From assembly GCF_009914755.1 (NCBI RefSeq), contig NC_060926.1: a DNA stretch of 64,000 nt. One strand, 5' to 3'. The position numbers and the translations under genes were made by a program. The notes under the pieces are model-generated. The model was not told the origin of the DNA. It did not search any database and saw nothing but the letters and a program-made list of their open reading frames with translations. Of the stretch, positions 27,372 to 43,217 are shown piece after piece. Origin of the DNA: the human T2T-CHM13v2.0 reference genome, Homo sapiens. Every line of letters begins with the position of its first letter. Positions within the stretch are counted from its first letter, which is position 1.

Positions 27372-27612
27372 GAAAACAGCCAGTTGTTCATGTCTTAACT
27401 TCATTATGGTACGTCTTTGGGAAGTTTGCATAGCTGTGACTTCTCCATCAAAATTTTGCACTCATGTCTTTTTTTTTTTTTTCTGAAGCCTTCCTATGTT
27501 ATTACTGTTTTTTACACATTTAGACTTTTTGAACTGCCTTTACAAACGCTCTATGGTTGAATGACTAATTCCAACTGTTATCTTGTACTCTTCCTAAAAA
27601 GGAAGGTCCTGA

Positions 27613-30204
<2,592 letters not shown>

Positions 30205-30214
30205 AAAATCAAAC

Positions 30215-30830
30215 ATAAAACTAGAAATACCCCAATAGGAAAATTGACAGAACAGGCAAGTTATAATAAATATGAAAGGGCTGAACCTCAAAAGTAATCA
30301 AAGAAATGCAAATAAAGTGGTGAGATATCATATTTGCCTATTGTCAGGAAAAAATTAAAATATTCATTGTTTTAGAAGCTGCAGGAAAAAGAGTGCTGGT
30401 GGGAATGTAAAGTGATTTCTGAAAAGAAATTTTGAATAGATATTGTTTGAAATCTTTAAGATGTATATTATCTTTTCTCCAGAAATTCTATATCTGATCA
30501 CTTATTCTAAGTAGTCAGATGAGGGCATAAATGTGTAAGCACAAAGATGTTTATCACAGTGTTTTCCAAAGGGTAAAATCCTCTATTTCTAATAATGGGA
30601 GTAATGGATAGTACTTTGTGTAAATGATATGTACCCAATTTTGATGTCTCAGAACATTGTTTATCTATAGAATATTTCACATGGATGTTATATTTGTTTT
30701 AAAATGCTCATGTACATATAGAAAACCACCTAGAAATAAATATATTGAAATGTTAATCATGGATATTTATGCTGTGAGATTGAGGATATATTTATTTTCT
30801 TTCTTGGCCTTTCTATACTTGTCTGAAATC
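30215..30830 (+). mobile_element. L1ME-type 3' relic
   Basis: GTAATCAAAGAAATGCAAATAAAG..GAGATATCA, TGCTGGTGGGAATGTAAA, ACAAAGATGTTTATCACAG. Confidence 0.7.
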
Positions 30831-30974
30831 CACACATTACTTTGGTATTCAGATTTCAGTATATAATTAACTCTGTATTCCATAGGCCTATTTCATACCT
30901 CTCAGTTTCTTTGCAATTTGTCTGTATTTGGTCTCATTAGCACCCATCTATACTTTTGTCTGATAGTCTTTAGG

Positions 30975-31510
30975 GGGAAAAAATCATCATATGACTTCCC
31001 GTAAGTGTTCAGGTGACTCAATTGTCCCTAGGGTAAGTTCAAATACAGGTACTTGTATAATGCACAAGCTCCTCTTTATTCGACCTCTAATCTCCCTCTC
31101 CAGCTTCATCTTCTGTCACTAGTTCAGTCCTCGTTCAGTCTGTATTTTGGTCTCACCAAACATCTCACCATCATCTTTTTAACCCCATGCCTTTGCAAAT
31201 GCACTTTCCTATGCCTGGAGTGTCATTTTCTTCCTGACATTATTATGGCTGGCATATTATCCATGCTTATATGCAGGTAAATTGGATATTAAACTTTCAA
31301 ACTTTCCTTGATTGCTAGATTTTTCCCTTCTCTGGGCTCCCACAGTATTTTGATCATACTTCTGAGGAAATCATATTTTGTAGTATTTAATGATGATTGA
31401 TTAAGATATCCATCTCAGCAGCTAAGAACCTAGAAGGAGAGAACACATCTTACATTTTTACATTCCCAGAACCTAGTATTCATAAACTTAATTACACATT
31501 TGTGAAAGGG
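30975..31510 (+). mobile_element. L2 3' relic
   Basis: CCCCATGCCTTTGCAAATGCACTTTCCTATGCCTGGA and terminal TTCCCAGAACCTAG...CATTTGTGAA. Confidence 0.7.
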
Positions 31511-32887
31511 AAGAAAAAAAAGAAGGAAGACTAAAGTTTATATCAAGGTGAGGAAACTGAAGTACACAGAAATAAAATTATAAACTACATAGTAGAGCTA
31601 GTATTTAGAAAAATTAAATATAGAACTCAATGTTCTCTAATCAGTATGTTTCTTTAAAGCTACTGTCTTTGCAAATATGTTTCACTGGCATTACATGTGT
31701 TAAAAGATCAAACAAGATTCTGAATGAGAAGATTTATAAATTCTAAAGCAATGAGTTACAATTTTTAAGAAACAAAATTGAACACAAATCCATAAACTAC
31801 CTTTGGGAATAGCCATCTTATCTATAACATGGTATAAGAACTTATTCAAGAGATGCATATAAAAGCTCTATAGGATTTTTGTTTTAATCTTTAAAGTGTA
31901 AAGGTTTAAACCTCTTTCTCCTTGTTCTGTATGAAGAAGACCAGATAAAATGTGCTGGTTGAATTTATTGAGGAAAATGTTTTCTTCCAATCAAATGTAA
32001 AATATTATATAATTTCTAGAAATGTATTCATTACAGCAATATGGGTCAATTTGCCAAAAATTAAATGAAGCAACATTTAGTCTAACCATCCAGGCGGAAC
32101 GATATTTTGCCTACCTAAACTCCTCTTGACGTTTTCATTGGTTAAAGAATTACTTTTCACTTTATAACTTAAAGTTGCTTAGTGCTTCAGTAAAAACAGC
32201 TGCTGAGTCTCCTTCCTGGGGGGAGCATTTGAAAATTATAAATTTAGCAATATTTGAAGCTACTTTGTTTTATTAATTTATAGATTACTTGAAAGTTTTG
32301 AATGAAAAAGGTAGTCATTTTAGACACATTTAAAAAATTCCAAGTACTATATATACAGTTTCTCATCACCACAATGTTAAAAAACACTTCAATTGAAATA
32401 TGTCCTTTGTAGAAAAAATCAATTAATACATAAAACATAAACGTTACTATAATTAATACATTAATAAATATGTTCTTTGGAGGAATAAAGTAGGATGCAA
32501 TCACTTTCAGCTGTCTTTAGTCTCATTTCTCTCCCTAGAAATGAACACTGTTTTTGGTTTGCAGAGATCCTTATAGAACATTTCCATACATTGACTGCAT
32601 ATTAAATGTATAGCTATTTCATATCTTCACTTAAATACTCACACTATATGTTGTTTTAAAACTTGCTTTTCTTCAATTGTCAATCTATCTTTCACTGACA
32701 TCAAATCTACATATTCATATTCTTTTTGATTACTACATACTATGGATATATGGTAGGTTCTTAGTTATTCCGTTGATAGAGATTTAGGTCATTTATTTAC
32801 TTGTTGGTATTTATATTCAACACCTTTTGAGATCTCACTCTTTATCCATAAGTGTCTTAAATAAATTAACTAATTTACTTTTCACAC

Positions 32888-33636
32888 TGTCTTAGTTAGT
32901 TCAGGATAAAACAAAAATACCATAGACTCAGTGGCTGGCACAACCAACATGTATTTCTCCCAGTTCTGGAGCTGGGAAGTCCAAGATCAAAGTGCCAGCA
33001 GATCTAGTGTCTGGTGGAGGCACTTTTTCTGGTTTGCAGATGGCAGCCTTTTTGCTATATTCTCACATGGCAGAAGGAGAGAACACTGGTCTCTTCTTAT
33101 AAGGACACTCATCCCATCATGGGGGCTCTATTCTTATGAGCTCAGATGAGCTCATTACTTCCCAAACACCCCACCTTCTAATATCATTTCATCAGGGTAG
33201 AAAGAGTTTTGCGATGGTTTGAATGTATTCCCCAAAATTTCTGTGTTGAAACTTAATGGCCAATATAGTATTAAGAGGTTGGGCCTTTAGTAGGTAATTA
33301 AGTCACATGAGGGCAGAGCCCTTTTAAATGGGATTAGAGCCCTTTAAAAAGGGCTTGAGAGAGTGGGTTCTCTTGCTTTCTCTCTTCTGCCCTGTGAGGA
33401 CACAGCATTCCTCTCCTCCAGAGGTTGCAGCAACGGGGGGCCATCTTGAAAGCAGAGAGCGGCCCTCGCCAGAAATCTGCCAGCATCTTGATCTTAGACC
33501 TCTCAGCTTCTGTAACCATAAGAAATAAATTTCTATTGTTTATAAATTACCCACCCTGTGGCATTTTGTTATAGCAGCTCAAATAACAGGTTTCAGCAAA
33601 TGAGTTCTGAGGGACACAGACATGCAGTCCGTAACA
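32888..33636 (-). mobile_element. MLT1A-like MaLR LTR, interrupted by an MST LTR
   Basis: TGTCTTAGT...CAGTTCTGGAGCTGGGAAGTCCAAGATCAAAGTGCCAGCAGAT. Resumes after 33588 with TTTCAGCAAATGAGTTCTGAGGGACACAGACATGCAGTCCGTAACA. Confidence 0.85.
33210..33588 (+). mobile_element. MST (MSTD-like) MaLR solo LTR, TSD (A/G)GTTT
   Basis: TGCGATGGTTTGAATGT...AATAAATTTCTATTGTTTATAAATTACCCA...CA, with 5-bp flanks AGTTT / GGTTT. Confidence 0.85.
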
Positions 33637-33639
33637 CAC

Positions 33640-33780
33640 AAGAATTCTATAAATAAATTCTATTATTATCCCTATGTTACAGGCCAAGAGCAACATTTTC
33701 TCAAGTTCACACTGCTAAAAATATCTAATTTGAGGAATTAACCCCAGGAAATCTGACTCCAGAACTATGATTTTCACTAG
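33640..33780 (-). mobile_element. MIR
   Basis: TATTATTATCCCTATGTTACAG...AACCCCAGGAAATCTGACTCCAGAA. Confidence 0.7.
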
Positions 33781-33842
33781 CAAACTATTTCAAATGTTGA
33801 CCTTCAACTCTCAAAAGACCACCAGGAAAATCTGTAACCAAA

Positions 33843-34332
33843 TACCTTATGCCCTTATCCATGGGAATACGTTCCAAGATCCCTAGTGGATGCCTGAAAC
33901 CCCAGATGGTACAGAGCCATATATACACTATGTTTTTCCTATGCATACATTATAATGATAAAGCTTAATTTCTAAATTAGGTACAGTAAGAGATTAACAA
34001 CAATAATAATTAAGAGATTAAAGCAATAACTAATAGTAAAATAGAACAATTATAACAATGTACTATAATAAAAGTCATATGAATGTGACCTCTCTCCCAA
34101 ATATCTTACTGTGCTGTACTCACACTTCTTGTGATGATTTGAGATGATACAATGCCATGTAGTGAAATAAAGGTATGATGTAGACATTGTAACATTGTGT
34201 TAGGCTACTATTTACCTTCTGACAATACATTAGTAGGATCACATGTTTTGGATGATCCTGTGACATGAAGATATTGCCTGTGGGTAGTTAAAACTTAGGA
34301 AAGATAAACCTCAGATAAGGGAGGGCTACTGT
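33843..34332. mobile_element. MER44-like TcMar-Tigger non-autonomous DNA transposon
   Basis: CCCTTATCCATGGGAATACGTTCCAAGA at one end and GATAAGGGAGGGCTACTG-TA at the other (terminal inverted repeats, TA target). Confidence 0.85.
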
Positions 34333-34349
34333 AATTTTAAATTCATTAG

Positions 34350-34692
34350 ATTGACTATAGTAAGAAAAGCTATCAAATTGACAATCTTAGAGACTGTTTA
34401 AGAAATGGAAGATCGGGATTTTAAGGCCTAGGTGAGTGGTTTTTTGTTTTAGAAGGCTTTATACGGTGAGGAACTGAGTGGAACTGGGCAGAATTCATAA
34501 TCTAATACCTATGGATTGGTGGGCTTAGAGGAATGAGTGTTGAGAAGAAATTTTTGATGAGAAATCTGCTGTTCTTGATAGCTTAGCTATTGTATTTGAT
34601 TCTTAGTCTTATCTTCCTGAAGCAAGTTGCTAAGTCATTTTGTCGTTCTCAATGTTGTTTAATGAAGAGACAGGAAGATATGCTTAAATTCT
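34350..34692 (-). mobile_element. LTR78-like ERV1 LTR relic
   Basis: Reverse complement resembles 4443-4888 (TCTTAGTCTTATCTTCCTGAAGCAAG versus CCTGCTTCTGGAAAATAAGACTAAAA). Confidence 0.55.
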
Positions 34693-34699
34693 ACCACTA

Positions 34700-35115
34700 T
34701 AGCTACAATAAATAGAGTTGTATATGAGTCTACCTGTGTATACATGAGGATTTTTCAAAGATAGATTCCTTGAAGTGGAAATTCTGATGTTATAGGTTTG
34801 CAACTTTTTTTAAGTTAACAGATACTGCCAAATTATGTTCCAAAAGATTGTAATAATTAACATTTCCAATAAAGGTACATGATACTTAATTCCTAATATC
34901 CTCACTAATACTGTATAATCAAGCTATCAATTTTCCATTCTGGTAGGAGAAAAATGTTGCTTTGAAATTTTGACTATAATTTCCCTGATGTTTTCTGCAT
35001 TGCCCTAACAAAGTTGAACATTTTTTTATGGTGTTCATTTATATTTTGTCTTCTGTGATATACCCCTTGATATTCTGTCATTTTTTAATTGATTTGTAGA
35101 AATATTTTACGTAAC
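34700..35115 (-). mobile_element. L1ME-type relic
   Basis: GATAGATTCCTTGAAGTGGAAATT, AGATACTGCCAAATT, ATTTACATTTCC-like antisense 3' ORF2 sequence. Confidence 0.7.
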
Positions 35116-35124
35116 AGATTTCTT

Positions 35125-35452
35125 GCTCATGTGTCTGAGGGGTGGCTGGATTAACTCTGCTAAAGGCTGCAACGGAGTTGGAGTCTGTTCTATATATACC
35201 AATTTTGGACTTCGGTTGAATGGCTACTTGAAACATTTACTTCTCATGTAGGAAATAAACACTCTGGGAGAGGTGAGTGGAAACATGAAATTTCTCCTAA
35301 GGACTGACATATTTTACTTCCATCCACATTCTACTACTCAAATCAGATCAACTGACCCAGCCCAAAATCAACAGGGTAATGAATGTACTCTTTTCATGGA
35401 TGTCAGAGAGAGAAGAAAATGAATGTTTGTGAACAAATGTCTAATCTACACA
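35125..35452 (-). mobile_element. Old MLT1 (K/L-like) LTR relic
   Basis: ACTTCCATCCACATTCTA...CCAGCCCAAAATCAACAGGG...TGAATGTTTGTGAACAAATGTCTAATCTACACA. Confidence 0.6.
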
Positions 35453-38400
35453 GTATAGTTAAAGCTCACTCTAGCTTAAGACCTCCTGGGAGATAATCAT
35501 GATACAGAATTTGTTGACCACTATTGCTATACATATTATTGTTCCTACTCAACAAATAAAGTGAATGTATTTATTAACTACATCCTATATACTGTAGCAT
35601 TAAAAAACATATCCATGTTAACAAAAGTAATGACTAGTAAACGTATGACCAGATGCTCAATCCTACTGGTAATTAGGGAAATATAAATTAAAATAATAGA
35701 ATATGACATTTTCCTCTTTTTTTACAAAAATGAATATAACATCAAATATTGGTGAGAAAGAAGAGAAATTCTTACTTATTGATAGTGCAAGTATATATAG
35801 AGAGAGTGATTTGGTTTAGACTTATAACCTAACAATTACCTATTCCTTTGAGGTTTTTAAAACTCAGCCATAACCACTGGGAACTAATGTATATTTAGAT
35901 ACAAAACTTGATTTTCATTTGCAATGTTTTCCTATGGTTATTTTGACAATCAGATTTTCTCTTGATTTGTGAATCAATATAGATAATTTGTATTTTTTTC
36001 ATAATGTCGTTCATTTTATTCAGGCATCTTATTGATGTTTATTTTATATTTTCTCTGTTGATCCCTTTTTATTTTCCAGAGTGCTCTGATATATTGCCAT
36101 TTTTCAGATTTCTCATTTCCAGGGCTTGGTGTTGGGGTGTGAGAAATCAGGTTGTCAACCTGATTTCCTCTGTTCATACCAGAGTGAGGTTGGATAGACA
36201 GAGTGTTGTACATAGGTTATTTCTGATATTTCATACTTTCAAAATTTCACAATAAATATGCTTACATTAAATTTCTAATAACTCAGAAGAAAATGCATAT
36301 AACATTCAAATGCTTATGGTTAGACAAAAATGTAGTAACTTCCAGTGAAACTTGTTATAGTACTTGACAATGGCTATATCATGGATAACCTCATTGATTT
36401 GGCATCTTTTCTCTTCTTTCATCTAGCACTTAGTAAGAAATAGAAGTTGGTAACACCATCACCTTTTTCTCAGTTTGCTCTAAAGTGCATATTCTGTGTT
36501 TGTTTTTAGGTTGTTTCAATTTCTTCCTGTTCACATTACTTAAGGGATCTGGTCAATTTTCAGAGCAAAATGGAAATAAAATACAATGTTATCTGTCCAA
36601 TTCAGAAAATGTTCATCTTAATTTTAATATTTAGACAAACTAGAGACACTTTATACTGTAAAGTTAAAGTTTATTTGAAAAGTGTATTTATGAATAGTAG
36701 GTTTTTGGGGTTTTTATAAATGCTTACATGAATTATTGCAATGTATTAGAGAGATTTTATAAGTGGTCTTTTTTTCTATGAAAATCAAATTAATTGAAGT
36801 TTGTAGTCTCACACTTTTTGTTTTTTCTAGGACATATAATTCCAGTTGCATACTATGAGTTTGATTGAAATTGGAAACATGGAGATGTCATACAGGAAAG
36901 TCAGAAAGTTGAACAACCCTAAATTAGACATTACTGAAATACTTGAACAATTTATAAAGTTAGTTCCTCCAATGATTTTAATCTTGGCCACCAGAACTAA
37001 TAGAAATCTGCCTAATCTAAAATTTTAAGATAGAATTAGTGGCAAAACAATGATTACAATCTAACTGCAATTCCCAAACCATCCTTACAAATGACCAATA
37101 ATTCATCCAAATTCAAAAATATGTCCACATTCCTTACTATTAAATTTTTCCAAATATCCCTTACATAAATATATTATGTGGCTGCTACAAATATAATTTT
37201 AGCTTATAATCATTTGGTGAGAAGACGAGTAAAAAGCCAGAACTTTAATTTAGTTAAATATCTTACAGAATACTCACTCAGTAGCCTCACAAATGCTAAC
37301 AAACTGGCTCATAATAAATCAGTCTGCTGTCTAATACATTTCAAAAAATGAGATGTGATACGTATTTTAATGTAACCCCAAATGTTCCATTGTACAAATA
37401 GACAGAAATCTCAGCTCCTAATTCACCATTTAGATATATCAAAATTAAAAGAATATAGTGGGATCTTAACACATTTGAACAAATTTGGAGGTTTCAAGCT
37501 GCAATTGTTCTGAAATGTCTTTGTATGAGCAAAAATGCTATTGAAAATGATAATTGCATTTCTCAAGTATCAATATAATTCCAAACATTAAAAAAATTCA
37601 ACACATTTTCCACCCATTATTTGTGCTTCAGGCATAATGCTGTTCATATTCTAATTAGTCATTATCATGTACTTTCTAATTATCTCAATTTTAAACCATT
37701 AAAAATTAGAAGATCAAAATTTTAAATGATATTAGCAATGAATTAGCCACCAAAATGGTGAGAGAATTGAATTCAATATAAGAAAAAATGTATTATTTTC
37801 AAAAGTCTTTTTTTATTAAATGAATTTTACTTTACATTACCTGAAAATACCGTTTCCAGTAATTTCAGAAGTAAATTGAAAGATCTAATTATTGAGGGGA
37901 AAGATCAACTGATTAACAAGATGATATTTCAAAAGGCTCTGTTCCTTCTAGTGGCACAAAACTATGAAATGTTAATACATTTTTACTGCCCACACATCCC
38001 AGAACAATTTTCAGTCTTCTAAATGAGAGAATACTGGTAAATAATTGGTGAGGTTTTATAGTACAAACTTCACCAAAGTACATAATCTCTTTCTATGCCA
38101 CAGAGGTGATCACAAGAGATAAAATTTAATTAGAAACGTATATAAATATCAATTAAAAGTCTTCAGTTCTGACCAAAAAGAATCTCATTTCAACAAATAA
38201 ATGAGATCAAATAACAACTCTTTTAGATAGGTGAGAAAATAAGATTCCAAGTGTTCTAGCTTACAATCTTGAGGGTAGGATGGCTGGTTTTTTGGAGGTT
38301 CAGTATTGTAGAATGGAAAGTAAATATATGTTTTAAGGTCACCTAAAAAATACTTTTACCAGATATTAGCTGAAGTTAATTCCAAATTTAGAGGATTCAA

Positions 38401-38775
38401 ACCCAGAGAGGCTTTGTATTACAGCAGTGAAAATATTAAACTGATTTAAATGGAAACATCAAAAACTATGTATATTTTTATAAGAAAAAGAAATGTACAC
38501 AATAATAACATGAGAGCTAGTTTAAAATTGGGACAGGTAAAAAGGGGTCCATAGTTCATTATGAAATTTAAACTTGGTTGATAGGAAATAATGGCCTTTT
38601 AGAACAGCAAACTAGCATTTGGAAACTTGAAAGTTAATTCTCATTACACTCAACTGAGCTTGAACCCTGTTCTGCCATCTAAAGGAGTGAGGTTAATGGT
38701 AAGGCTAAATGAAAGGTTTCTAACAAAAGACAGAGTTCTGCTGAAGATAATCACGAAGGACTCATATTTATGTGA

Positions 38776-39136
38776 TGATATGGTTTGGCTCTGTGTCCTC
38801 ACCCAAATGTCATGTCAAATTGCAAATCCCCATGTGTTGGGGGTAGGACCTGGTGGGAGGTGATTGGATCACTCAGTATCATGTTGTTCTCATGAGAGCT
38901 GGCAGTGAATTATTATGAGATCTGATGGTTTAAAGTGTTTGGCAGTTCCCCCATCGCTCTGTCTCCCGTGCCACCATGAAAGACTGCCTTTACTTTCCCT
39001 TTGTCTTCCAACATGATTGTAAGTTTCCTGAGAACTCCCCAGCCATGAGAAACTGTGAGTCAATTAAACCTCTTTTCTTTATAAATTATCCAGTCTCAGG
39101 TAGTTCTTTAGAGCAGTGTGAAAATGGACTAATACA
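38776..39136 (+). mobile_element. THE1D-like MaLR solo LTR, perfect TSD TGTGA
   Basis: TGATATGGTTTGGCTCTGTGTCCTCACCCAAAT...GAAAATGGACTAATACA. TGTGA at 38771-38775 and 39137-39141. Confidence 0.93.
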
Positions 39137-39349
39137 TGTGAATAATAGAGTTTTTAATAGTTTTGAGATTGTTGTTGGTGTTGTGTTTTGTTGGGAGTGT
39201 GTACATAAAAAGAAAGGTGCATTGGAAGAAGAAACAGTTCTCAGAGAAAATTAAGAGGAAAAAACAGCAGAATCTAGAGAAAAATAGGTATATTACAGAG
39301 AAAAATTAACATAATAATTGCAGTTTTGTTTTCCAGGGTGCAGCACCAG

Positions 39350-39940
39350 GTAAAACAATTAGAAAACACAACTAGCATTTTAGATTTCCTGGTATACAAG
39401 TATGAAATGAATTGATTCTTATGGGATTAGATCTCAAATCTATACATATAAATACGATTTTTTAGAAAGCACTATAGTGCCCAAAGAAATATAATCAAGT
39501 GGGAAGTTGAAGTAGATGAGGAATTTTAGACTTTATGGAAATATGTAGAACATATTTATATGTGACTACAAAATCTTCTCTTTTGAAGAGAAATTTTCTC
39601 TTAAAGAAGAAAAGGGAAATGACAATACAGTGGTAGTGTACGACTGCCTTCTATGAAGAAACAGGGTATTGGTGTTTATTTATTTATTTTTTTTTGAGAC
39701 GGAGTCTCGCTCTGTCGCCCAGGCTGGAGTGCAGTGGCGGGATCTCGGCTCACTGCAAGCTCCACCTCCCGGGTTCACGCCATTGGTGATTTTTTTCTAA
39801 CAGAGTTTATAGAACTAGTTGGGTGGAAAGATATAATAGTGATGGGATGTACAGTAGAAATACAGGGATTTAAGGAATATTTCACTTTTCCAAATTCAGA
39901 TTTCCAGGAAGCCTTTATTTGCCTTGTTGAGCACTAAAAA
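39350..39940 (+). mobile_element. Possible L3/CR1 ORF2 relic, split by the Alu
   Basis: GTGGTAGTGTACGACTGCC...GATATAATAGTGATGGGA resembles the CR1 endonuclease region (VGVYYRPP...DIVVMG). Very diverged. Confidence 0.4.
39675..39784 (-). mobile_element. 5'-truncated young AluY (Ya5-type diagnostic), TSD ATTGGTG
   Basis: Sense strand reads GAGCCGAGATCCCGCCACTGCAC (C where AluY has G). Nearly all CpGs intact. ATTGGTG at 39668-39674 and 39782-39788. Confidence 0.9.
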
Positions 39941-40286
39941 GATAGAAGAACAATAAGCCAGGCTTCTGTGGGTTTTGTTCGTACCAACAAGGAATAATTG
40001 GTTTCTAAATTTAAAGTGGTAAGAATTGTGGTAGGAATTAGCCATGCTGCTCTGAATGTATAATATTGAAAGAAAAGAGTGAAAGACATGCAATCTAAAG
40101 ATTGAGCTATTTCCTCCTTCACGATTCTGTAGCAGTAAGAACGCAATTCCATTGAACTATCATTCTTGGTTGATAATCCATCTCTTCAGAGAGAATTTGA
40201 ATTTCTCAACTCAAAATCAACACTAGTATTTTATTCATCTTCATATCTTTCATGCTTAGCACAACATTTCATTTGGGAACTTGATA

Positions 40287-40933
40287 CAGTTGATCCTGTA
40301 TTTCCAGATTCTCTATGTGCAAATTGACCTACTAACAGAAACTTATTTGTGACCCCCAAATCAATACTTACAGTGCTTTTATGATCATTTGAAGACATGC
40401 ACAGGTATAGAGCGGTGAGACTCACCCAGCACATACTTTTCCAACCAAGGGTGATCAAGTAGGCATTCTTTCTTCTTGGTTCAGCTTCCATGCTACAAAC
40501 AGGTGTCCTTTTTATGATCTACGTAATGCTGTGTTTTTCGCTTTTTTGTGCTTTTTGTTGCTGATTGTTGCTGTTTAAAATGGCCCCAAGCATAGTGCTG
40601 AAGTGCTGTCTAGTCTTCCTAAGTACAAGAATGCTGTGACATATTTTATGGAGAAAATATACATTAGATAAGCTTTGTTCAGGCATGAGTTTTAGTGCTA
40701 TTGGCCTTGAGTTCAAGTTAATGAATCAACACTCTATACTAAATAAGATGTCTTTAAACAAAAACACATATAAAACAGGGTTATATATTGATTGGTTGGT
40801 GAAAATGTTGTGGCCAAGACTTGCAGGAGTCTCACCCTGTGTTTCCCCAGGAGCTGTGATTCAGTATTGGCTAATCCAGTGTTCGCAGTGACTTTATAGA
40901 ATACAACTGTCATCAATAAAGAGAATCTACTAC
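40287..40933. mobile_element. MER82-like TcMar-Tigger DNA transposon
   Basis: TA-CAGTTGATCC start, TTTAAAATGGCCCCAAGCATAGTGCTGAAGTGCTGTCTAG, end GAGAATCTACTA. About 650 bp. Confidence 0.85.
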
Positions 40934-41084
40934 ATAGGGCTTTTTTTTTTTTTTGAGTAAGCGGTATTTTCACTATGTATCTGTCAGTCATAAGAATGAT
41001 TAGGTTTATATTTTAAGGTAAGTGCAATTTTATATCTTTTCAGGACACATAGCGAACCTGCAATTAAATGGATTCGGGTATTTA

Positions 41085-41300
41085 GGGATTGAAAAGCTGA
41101 AGTTCCTGAGTTTAATTTATAGCTCTACCAGCTGTATTTCAGAGAGCATTCTATGATTTTGTACAAGTCTCTAACCTCTTCCAATTTTTGCCCTCATCTG
41201 TATAAATAATTGGCTCAGGAGGCTGTTGAAAAGGCCCAAAGAAGTAGTGCAGAAGAAAATATTTTCTAAACTCTAAAATACTGAACAAAGAATTTTTATC
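41085..41300 (+). mobile_element. MIR
   Basis: CAAGTCTCTAACCTCTT...CCTCATCTGTATAAAT core. Confidence 0.65.
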
Positions 41301-41652
41301 CTTCGATTATATTAGTTTTATCTCTTGAAACAAATTAAACTTAAATAAATATTACTGCTTTAAACATTTCTCTCACTTTTTAAACAACATTTACAGCAAC
41401 TACAAATTATTTAAAGTTCATCATATTTGGGGCTGTGAACATGAGTAATATAAAACTTGTAAGACTTGTAGCTTGCAGCTTAGCTTGTAGCTTGGGTGGA
41501 TAAATTTTCCATTCGTACATTGGTTTTAAATAGCAACATAAAATAATAAATGATAAACACACAAGAAAAGTATTTTCTATCAGAGCATTTAGAAGGGTGA
41601 AACCATTTAATGCTAAGATCAAAGCAAAATTTCCTTCAAAGAAACAGTTTAA

Positions 41653-42110
<458 letters not shown>

Positions 42111-43217
42111 TTGGGTATTTTATTTCTTTGACTTAAAAAATTATTTAAAATACACAAAAATATTCCTAAGAAACCTTGGTTTGCAATTATTTGTAACTAG
42201 ATATGAAGCACAATATGTTTTAAGTGTTTTCTATAGAACAATTTTACAATTTATCTAATGCATTCTTTTCCTACACAAAACGTAGGTTTTTCTAGACTTC
42301 TTATGTGATTTAATTACATTTGCTAGTTGTGACATGATCTCTATTTACACTAATTATTAACAGCTGTAATTATACAAATCATGCCTATACGCACTAATTT
42401 ACTTAAGATGATATTCAAACAAAAATTTATCTTTTTCCTGCCTGCAACAGGAGGGAATGAAGTGCTGAGATTTAGTAAATGAAGAGAGTAAAAAAACAGA
42501 GACATTATGAGTTGTACAAGCCAGTTGGCAGGGAGGTGAGACAGGCAGGCACTTTTCACTTATGCTGAGCAGCAATTCTTATCTCTACAGCATTTCCCTA
42601 TCCCTTAATCACATATGTGAAATCCACAAAAGTTGGGGTTTAAATTAGAAGGAATTACATTACTGCCAGATGTAGCAATTCAGCCCAGATACTATTTACT
42701 TGCCTATTGGATCCTCTACTGTAACACAACTTTTTTAATATTGCTAAGAATATCAATAAATCTGCAGCTAGTGACCGTAAGAGGCTCCTGAAAAATCCAG
42801 TCCTCATTTTATGTTAATCAGAGGAGAGGAAAGGAATGAATGCATTAAATCTTGATTACTTATTTCACCTTTAATATTCCACTTGTCATAATAATCCAAT
42901 GGGATTATAGTTATATTTTCCTCATTTGAGAAACGTACGCAGGTTTTAATAGTATTTTAAGTTTACACAGTTAATAAGCAGTAAAATTGGTATTAGAACC
43001 CTGTTTCAAATATCTACTCCCTTTGTGTTTTATGGTACATCAACTGCACCTGCTCCCTTGAGCCACAGGGTCATAGGCTCTGCCACCTGAACACAGCATG
43101 ACTATAAAACAAACAAGTCTGATGGGAAAGCTGCTTTTCTCGGTGATAAGAGCTAATCAGTGTTTGCTCTATTATTTTTTCATTTGGTTCTAGATCTTGC
43201 CTGTCTGGGCCTGTAAC

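Noticed and set aside
39324-39355. Possible 13-nt microexon (TTTTGTTTTCCAG / GGTGCAGCACCAG / GTAAAA)
   Set aside because: Not frame-preserving, weak donor, no neighbouring exons. Such matches are expected by chance.
40100-40185. Minus-strand MDYQPRMIVQWNC, resembling the start of a LINE endonuclease
   Set aside because: A stop follows within eight codons and no further motifs appear.
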